Assembly (NCBI GenBank): GCA_964016885.1
Contig: OZ024747.1
Coordinates: forward strand, 69,998,001-70,062,000
Direction of reading: 5' to 3'
From: Eledone cirrhosa
Taxonomy: Eukaryota
DNA: 64,000 nucleotides
Both the position numbers and the translations under genes were made by a program. The notes under the pieces were generated by a model that was not told where the DNA came from, made no database searches, and worked only from the letters and a program-made list of their open reading frames with translations. Numbering within the stretch: position 1 is the stretch's first letter; each line of letters opens with the position of its first letter. Positions 55,115 to 64,000 of this stretch are shown here, piece after piece.

Positions 55115-56100
55115 ATACATGTACATATATATATATGTATATGTATATATATATATACATATATGTATATATATATATATATACACATATACATATATAT
55201 ATATATAAATACATATATGTATATGTATATATGTATGTATATATAAATATATGCATGTATATAGAAGTGTTTCATTAAAAGATGAAGCTTCTTAAATTGT
55301 AACTCTGAGTTTCATGTTTCTGATAGTTTATTCCTTGAGCAATCAGAAACATAAAACTGAGAGGTATGATTCAAGAAGCCTCACTTTCTAATGGTCACCT
55401 TCTAATGAGGCAAACATGCAAGCCAGATAGATATTATTCTCCCTAGGAAATGAGACAGACAGACAGTTGTAAATGCTAAGTAATTCCTTTTGTGAATAAT
55501 ATATCACTCAACATGAACGAATGATCTGAATTCAGGGTAAAAGTGTTATGCATACAGATACACGAAACAGTTTGAAGAATTAGGATATTGGAACTTAAAG
55601 AACCATCAAGCAGTCATAGATTTAAATGTATAGTAATCAAAGATTTTGACCATGAAGAGGAGGACTAGGTGGTAAAGTTCTATAACCCAGAATGTTATAA
55701 CGAAGCACTTACATAACAAGCTACTGAGTACTCTAGGTGGGGCAAGGTTTCAGCTAGAGAGGTGATATGATGAAACAGTATTGTAGATAAGGACAGTGCT
55801 GTAGATGAAACCTAAAAGACAGGCTTGAAAAGATTAGAATGCAATACACACACACAAATACAGACCTACATACACTCTTACACTCTTACACATACACACA
55901 CCAATGTGAACTATCATTTAAGATGGTCAACCTTCCACAAAATACTGCCTCAAACAATTTCATTTTTATATCAACTATGAAAATGTAGCTGTATAAACAA
56001 TGATGATGATGCTCCTTAAGAGAGTTAACAGAAAGAGAATGGGTGTGTGTGAGAGAGATAGTGACAAAGCGAATGAGTGCATGTAATGAAGGCTTATAGG

Positions 56101-56282
56101 CAGTGCCAGATTTACCATTATGCTTAGGTGTGCTTAAGTACAGGGTCCTGTTGGTCAGTGGGGGTGAAGGTATCTTCCTGGCAAAAAAGTTTTACAATGA
56201 ATTTTTCAAATGTTTTTCAAATGTCAAATGGGCCTCATAACATAACTTGCACAGGGCCTCATTTGTCCTAAATCTGACACTG
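56101..56282. mobile_element. hAT-type MITE
   Basis: TIRs CAGTGCCAGATTTA / TAAATCTGACACTG; 8-bp TSD cttatagg/cttatggg. Confidence 0.8.
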
Positions 56283-57479
56283 CTTATGGGTTTATGGTTT
56301 AGGTGTCTGCTTCAAAAAAGGACAGTGCCTTGTGTCCCCTGAGAAGGCCCTTTCATTTTATGCTGCTCCAATCCACTCAGTTGGCAATATGAGATGTATT
56401 TGTAATTCAAAGGGCCCTCGACTTGTTACACAGAACTATGTTAAGGGTACATGTATTTATAGAAAGAACAGCCACATGCACATTTATTTCGCAAGCAGAC
56501 AGTTCCAGTATTCAAACAAAGGTAGCACATATAGCCCATATCCTTGTAACTGACATAGGTCTAGCACACAAACACACACACACACATGTATGTGTATATG
56601 GTTAGTCACTGTATTATAAGAGATTAAAGGGAGAAGCAGCTTTTCTTGACACTAGCAGCAAGATGAAATTTATAGGCAGAGAAAAATATTTGATTTGAGA
56701 ATACTGCTAGCTTGATTTAATTGATCCTATTGAACCCAACACTTACATTTTCTTAAAAATCTGGTACTTGTTTTGTTAATCTTTTACTGAACCACTAATT
56801 TACAGGATATAGACATAAACATGGACACAGACACACTTATATATATAGGTCAGCCTGAATAGATAGTAGAAAATGTTGTACAGCATGACTAAACCCAGAA
56901 TCATATGGTTACGGAATTCCTTAACCATAAGCCATACCTATACCTGAATAACTTATTTATTAATGCAAATCCCTATTATTTTTAAAGAGAAGAATATAAT
57001 GTGGTGTTATCAAGTCAATATTACAAAGCTAGTGAAACCTAATCCATGAGTTCAATTTCATAATTATTTTCCCCATAAGTGCCAGAGTTATTTTTCTTTT
57101 GTGGTCATATGATGATGTACATAGTTGAATTCCCTTCTTCACTAGGAAATTTTATGCCATGGACAGATAGAGTTTACCTGTGAGCACTGTAACTTTAAAA
57201 AAATCATTTCACTCAACCATATATATCACTGTCATCTTTTCTATAAAAACAAATTTGGCTATTGACACACACACGCACAAAAACTGTATTTTGCAACAAA
57301 GTGGTCTCTGCAAATGACAACCAAGTGCCATGTAGTGGTGTCAATCTAGATAACAAATTATGTTCCCCACAAAAGGTTAAAAATGTCTATTTACATCTAT
57401 ATATTAGTCATCATTGTCATTTTGGCGGTTGTACAGATTACCATTTTTGCAGGTTGTACAGATTACCATGACTCTTCTA

Positions 57480-58210
57480 CAGTTGATCTTGTCGTCCATT
57501 GCTTGTAGCAGGTTCTTCAGATTACACTCAGCATCCTCACATAACTATTTGATGTAGTTTCTGCAAGTTTTATCTATGTCAGGATGCCTATGCCTTGTTA
57601 TCTACAGCAGTACATTGCCGAAAATTTCATTCTTTGCTCTCAACGGTGTCCTTGCAAATCTGGTTCACTTTCTCTCTCTCTGATAATATGAGAGATTGCA
57701 GTAGGTGACCATAGAGTTGCTTTCTTTTGAAGGGTGCTGTTTCTATGATATGCTTAAAACAGCTCTGAGCACTCTTGTGAATGTTCCATCTAGTTACTTT
57801 TTTCCACCTAGTAATCCCGTAGAGAAGGACTGACTCTACTGTTGCCTGGAAGAATTCATTTTGTATTAGTTCGGGGGAGCTTTGATTTCCAAATTGTTGT
57901 CAGCTTATTCAAGACCACCCTAGTTTTTCCAATGCATGTGCTTATGTCATTTTTGGTGGATTATGTATTTCAAACAGTTGTTGACAAGATGATAGAGAAC
58001 GACATCACCCTAAAACCTGCAAGCAGTAGAGGTTATTTGGCTATGATCATTACCAATACTGATTATGCAGATGATCTGACAATGATACAAGATACAGTAT
58101 CCCTGCTACACAGGTTGAAGAAGAAAGCCAGAGGAATTTGACTCTATGCAATAGTGGGTTACAACAAGGATGGCACTATAAATTCACTAGCTGGTAAACA
58201 TTTGAAAGAA
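57480..58210. mobile_element. Decayed LINE RT remnants
   Basis: TDYADDL at about 58060 (+); upstream part appears to be opposite-strand LINE sequence. Confidence 0.55.
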
Positions 58211-59308
58211 GTATATTAGTACTAGTGATATTCTGGCTGCACCTCAAACAACTATGTTCCTACTATTATCAGTTTTGCCATATATGGACATTTAGATGAG
58301 GAGATTGATAACAAATGAAGGAATTGTGGCTGAATGGGTACTTACATTTTGAATTATTTAGGTAGATGGGAAATGAATAGAAGTGATATAAACTTATAAT
58401 TGAGTTAACTATTTCTCTTCCATTTCTATTAAACCTGGATGTTAAAACAGATCTCTTTCTATTTATTTGAAATTATTGAAGATTTAGATGGATATATTGC
58501 TCACAAATATTATACTTTTTAAATTTCTGCATCTTTTCATTTATTTCAAATCAATTAGAGCAATGTACTTCAGATATGTTTTATATGTTTATATATTTAT
58601 ATAAGAAGACGTAATCATTGAAATCTGCTTGAATGACCTCGAAGGCCACTTGTTCTGCCAATGTTTAGAATATTATTGTGAAATCTGTGATAAACTGAAT
58701 ATTTGCTCTTTGTGCATAGAACTTATTACACTGTATTTGTCCCTTGATTCCTTTGAAAAGAAGCTAAAGACAATCAAACTGTTATTTGCTTTATATCTGA
58801 CATATACTTTGTACAAGTCAAAACAACTGTGATAACCAAAAGGACTGATTTCTTTTCATGTGAAAGATCCCTTTAAGAAGCAAAGATTTAGACAAAATGG
58901 AAAAGCTTTTCTTGGATAAGAAGACAAAAGATTTATATAGAGATGGAAGACTGAGAAAATCCTGATTTTGATTTTTAGAAGTCTCAAAGATATATATATA
59001 TATATACACACACACATATGTATACATATACATGCATAGATATAAATATATATATACATATACATACATACATATGCATATATATACATATATGTGTATA
59101 TATATGTATGTATATATATATACATACACAAATATACATATACATACATATATATATGCATACATATATGCATACATATACATATATATATATACATATA
59201 TGCATATAATATATGCATACATATACATATATATATATATATACATATATGCATATAATATATGCATATATATATATAATATATTTATATATATATATTA
59301 TATATGCA

Positions 59309-59352
<44 letters not shown>

Positions 59353-60776
59353 TATGCATACATACCTATATATTGTAACTGTTCAAAGAGAATGAAAAAT
59401 TACAAATATAAGTATAAATATTTATGTGTATATGAATATATGTGTGTGAGTGAGCGTGCCAGAATATAGGAGTAAACAGGAAAGTTATAAGGCTTATATC
59501 TTTTGTTTTAGGAATGTTTTATTCTTTCTTTGCAAATACATTTATTCTTAACTAGTATGTTTCTTAAATCCCAGCTGTATGAGCTTGTGTGTGTTTCTGC
59601 ATCTATATATGCATACCACTGACATTCTTATATTTTATCCTTGTCTCTGAGAGACAGATAAATAACTCGATATTTTCAAGACAAAATTCACTATTTATGA
59701 TACAAAATACATTTCTCGATTCTTAATGTTCTCAACCAAAGAGATTCGTTCCTGCGTTTATCAAACAATTCATAAAATACACCTAAGTTAACACAAAATC
59801 ATGAGATTTAATAACAAAAATATCCTATCTAGCAGAGAATAAAACTGATAACTCCAATAATATCAGAATAACCAAGTGTCTGGAAAATCGAGACAATGCA
59901 ATGTTGCATTTAAAGCTAACTTGTCAAAGGAAAGTGCATGTTTCAATCTTGTTTGATCTCATAAGTAACATTTATTGCCCCCAGATATCTAATCTTTGAA
60001 TTGGTATTGATTATGAGTATAAACAATCGTACTAATGAAAAATTAACTCAGGGGGATTTGACGAAGAATGCAATGACATCATAAAACTTATACAAAAACT
60101 ATTTACATGAATTCTTTTGTGTAAAATTTTGCACTGTGTCAAGTTATAAAAAATAGGAATTTTTTTATGCTTGCATTAAATTGTGCACCATATATATATA
60201 TCATGCAGAATGCTCCCTTAGATATTGTTAATATTCACTCTATTTTGCAATGTACTTGATCTTTAGCCAATAGAGGTAGAATATGCTTCACTGAAGAGAA
60301 GTAATAAGATCAATAGATATCTATTGCTTGATTCTAAGTGACCAAGAACACCCATGGTTCTAAGATACAACATTGTTTATTTTAAAGCAATGTAAGTTAT
60401 TTTGTTAAGATATGTTCCATACATCAGCTTAATAATCAAATAATTATTTATATGACTAAATCCCTTCAAATTCTTGATTATTTTCAACATGATTTGAAGA
60501 TCACAAACAGTATTTTTCGTTAGAAATATGATAATGAAATGAATTCGCTGCTAACTGCATTGTGTTTATTTTTTAAAAAAATGGTTTAGCTGATATTATT
60601 TGAGTTAACTCCCTTTGCTTGCTGGGTGTTTTTATTTAAAACACTCCAAGAAGGAGAAACTGTTCTAATTGTAATTTATTATCACAGTTAACTGAAGTTT
60701 TTCAACTTATTGATTTGTATTCTTCCCGTTGTCCCAGTACCATAGGCTATCAATATCAATATCAATATATATATAT

Positions 60777-61139
60777 AAATGTAATCTGAGTTTTTCAAAT
60801 ATTAATAATAACATTCGATTTATTTGCAATTATACAAACAAGCCTAATTTTTAACGCCATGTCAGTAGAATGAGCCACTCATTCTTGCTCTTGTGTTGGC
60901 TTGTAAACAGAACTGCAGACACTAATGTTTCAGGCTATCACCCTTCATCAGTACAGCTCACTGTTCACCTGCCAACTGTCAGAACTAGTGAAAATATATG
61001 CTACTTTCTAAAATATACAGTGACTGATCGGCCTGATTTGCATATTAGGAGACTGGCTGATAAGTCATGAAGCTTCTTTGTATAATTGCAAACAAATCGA
61101 ATGTTATTATTAATATTCGAAAAACTCAGATTACATTTA
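60777..61139. repeat. Fold-back element, arms about 62 bp
   Basis: 60777-60838 vs 61077-61139, TA-rich flanks. Confidence 0.85.
60920..60955 (-). ncRNA. Minimal hammerhead-like motif, degenerate
   Basis: CTGATGA-AGGGTGATAGCCT-GAAA-CA-TT; stem I poor. Confidence 0.5.
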
Positions 61140-61164
61140 TTGTATTCAGCCATGTAGAGTGAAA

Positions 61165-61208
<44 letters not shown>

Positions 61209-62364
61209 CTAACAAAAATAAAGATATCATGCCTGAGAAAATCTCAGACATGCACCATATCACCCGTAGAAGAAACTCCAAGAAAGATTTTATGGAATAA
61301 ATTTGAGCATTTATTATAAAATGAAAAAATGAGTGACATATATATAAAGATATCAAACATTGACAGGAGATAATTTGCAAAGAATGTAAGAACATATAAC
61401 TACAAAAGGCAGCATTATATATACTCTGTAATGATATTGAATTCTACCTCCCTAGTAGGCTACCAAGATCACTAGATCTGAACATAATATATTTGTATGT
61501 AGGTGCTGTTGATACTGTACATATACCCAAGGATCAAATTACCCAGAACCAACAACATATGGGTTCATAGAATTCATGGGAGAAGTTTTTCCTACTTAAG
61601 GGCATCCAATCATATAAAGCTAGCCAAACAAAGAGTTGGGAGGACCAATCAGTTGTGTAAAGACATGACAACCTCACTATTGCTGGTGATCTACATGATA
61701 AAATCACAAGGTACTTGCTGTAAAGTGGTTGGTGCTAGGAAAAGCATCCAGCCATAGAAAACTTTGCAAACAAGGGGTTAGATGGACCTTTTTGTTTGTG
61801 ACTAAGGACATGAGAGCGTTTCCTGCACACTTGATAGAATGTATGACCATATGTAAGCAAGATGATCAGAACCACTGGCCTTTCTGGGATATTAGTAACC
61901 CTGCTTCAGTACTAATTTGGTCTATGTAAACCCATCCAACCTTTGCTAGCAGGGAAAGCATACATTAAACAATGATGATGATGTATGTATATGTATATGT
62001 ATGTATAGGTGATATAACACCCAGTAAAAAGCACATAGAATACACAAATAGTATACTAGGTGAACAAAATTCATTCTAGTTATAAAATGAATGAATGCAT
62101 CATTAAAAACTCATAAAAGTGAACACATGTATCACACTTAACCACAAATTAACAGTTAGGATATATTATAAAAACGGCAGAATTATCAATATGAAACAAC
62201 CAAGTAGCAAGCCACAAAATGTACTCTAGACAGCTAATGTAATATCAACATAAACAAAAAAGTTATATACTTCATGACAAAAGCTGATATATCAGTCACA
62301 CATGTACAACCTTTTCTTATCAGTTGACTATGAATTTAAAACAGCACATCAAAATACAGAACAT

Positions 62365-63290
62365 CATTACCGTTTTACGTCCATTCTTCCATGCTAGCAT
62401 GGGTTAGACTGGTTGTCCTCTTGTGGGCAGTGTCTGGTTGGCTGACCTTGTCTTGCTCATGCGGGAACTGATTCTGGCTTGATTTCTACAGCTGGATGCC
62501 CTTCCTTACACCAACCTCATTTACAGTGAGTGCTGGATGCTTTTTACCCATGGCGCCTACACGACCACTTTACAGCGTGGGCTGGGTGCTTTTTTGCTGT
62601 GGCATCTCCACAACCACTTTGCAGTGGGAAGGGGTGGGGGCATATTGTCTATATGCTTCAGCTTCGGCTAGTACCGGTGGGAAGCCACGTCTTCTATATT
62701 ACTGCATGACACCAGAGGTCACGGTCCTATGTCATTGCCTTTGAGAGGTGCAATGGGGTAAGGTCAGCTTTTATCACCACATCCTAGCTCTTCTTGGGTC
62801 TCCCCACTCCGCGGTTTCTATCGACTTCTAGTGCTCTGCACCTTTTTATGCAGCTGTCATCCTTCATACGCATCACATGTCCATACCAACGCAACCTCCT
62901 CTCCTTCACACAGCATTTGATTCCTCTTATGCTCAGTCTCTCTCTCAATTCATCTATGCTTTTCGATTCATGTATATTACTATTACACATCCATCGGAGC
63001 ATGCAAGCTTCATTTCTTTCTAATCTACGCAAGTCTTCTACACACAATAGCCAGGTCTCACTACCGTGTAACATTGCTGTTCGTATACATGCATCATACA
63101 GTCTGCCTTTCATTTTGAGGGAAAAGCCTTTTGCAGCTAGCAGTGGTAGTAGCTCCCTGAACTTCTTCTATCCCAGTCTTACCCTGGTTACTGTACTTTC
63201 CGAACACCCACCTCCGCTGCTAATTTGGTCACCTAGATAGCAAAATCTATCAATTGTTTCTACAGAGCCCTCCCAGAATTTGGTAGTGCT
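62365..63290 (-). mobile_element. RTE LINE 3' end with 3' UTR
   Basis: GRLYDACIRTAMLHGSETW...RLRWYGHV...GRPKKS. Confidence 0.9.
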
Positions 63291-63466
63291 TGTTCCCTGT
63301 GGCCGTTAACAAAACTAGCTTGAATAAAGAGTAGTTGATAATTCTACCATCTTTATAGAATTCCACCCAAAAATATAGGTTAATTATGGCAGCTTTATCA
63401 ATAGCAAAATTCAAAAAAATATCAATACAGATAAATTAAACTATAAAAGTAATATGAAGTAAGCAA

Positions 63467-63706
63467 TTAACCCTTTAGTATTTACATTATATTTACAATT
63501 GTATTTTCAGGGTAAAAACTTTACCCCACATAATTATCTCACATAATGAGATAATTATGTGGAGTAAAGCTTTTACCTTGAGAACAAAGCTTTTACCTAG
63601 AACAATGCCTTAACATAAGTATGAGCGACCGGATACAGCCAATTTGAACAGAAAGAGGTGAGAGTATTCTGGCCGGATATGGCCAGTTTTAATAATAAAG
63701 GGTTAA
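63467..63706. mobile_element. piggyBac-type MITE
   Basis: TTAA-CCCTTTAGTATT ... AATAATAAAGGG-TTAA; internal palindrome at about 63520-63575. Confidence 0.8.
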
Positions 63707-64000
63707 ACAATTAAAATCTGGTGATTATTTCATCAATCACAGTATGATTTTGAAGATTCCTTCTGCTTACTATAAAACCACAACTACAAGTCACCTCCAA
63801 CAATTCCTCATTATGAAAAGGTGGCTGAGGTTTTATAACATTACAAATGATATTGTTCTAAATTATATCTAAATAACTTATAAGGAACTAAACAATTAAA
63901 ATAAAATCATTAACATGAACACAGAAATATTTTCAATAATGGAATGGAAATCCATTGTATTTGATGATGTCATGGCTGCATTTAATGGAGAGGGGGCAAA

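Overview
AT-rich, microsatellite-dense eukaryotic (metazoan) DNA with no host protein-coding gene that I can support. The repeat landscape of (TA)n/(CA)n tracts, tRNA-derived SINEs, RTE LINEs with (GAT)n tails and Penelope-like elements resembles an octopod genome; this is an inference. Main elements are a near full-length RTE LINE (23.8-27.5 kb), a full-length decayed Naiad-type Penelope element (43.75-47.9 kb), a second Penelope 3' fragment, R4/Dong, CR1 and Tc1/mariner remnants, piggyBac and hAT MITEs, and many SINEs. The most notable signal is about 12 type I hammerhead ribozyme motifs. Most sit in short, non-coding, (TA)n-anchored fold-back elements that share ribozyme architecture with the Naiad element, whose own hammerhead has a stem II domain of about 100 nt. 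All calls were made by eye; boundaries of decayed elements are approximate.
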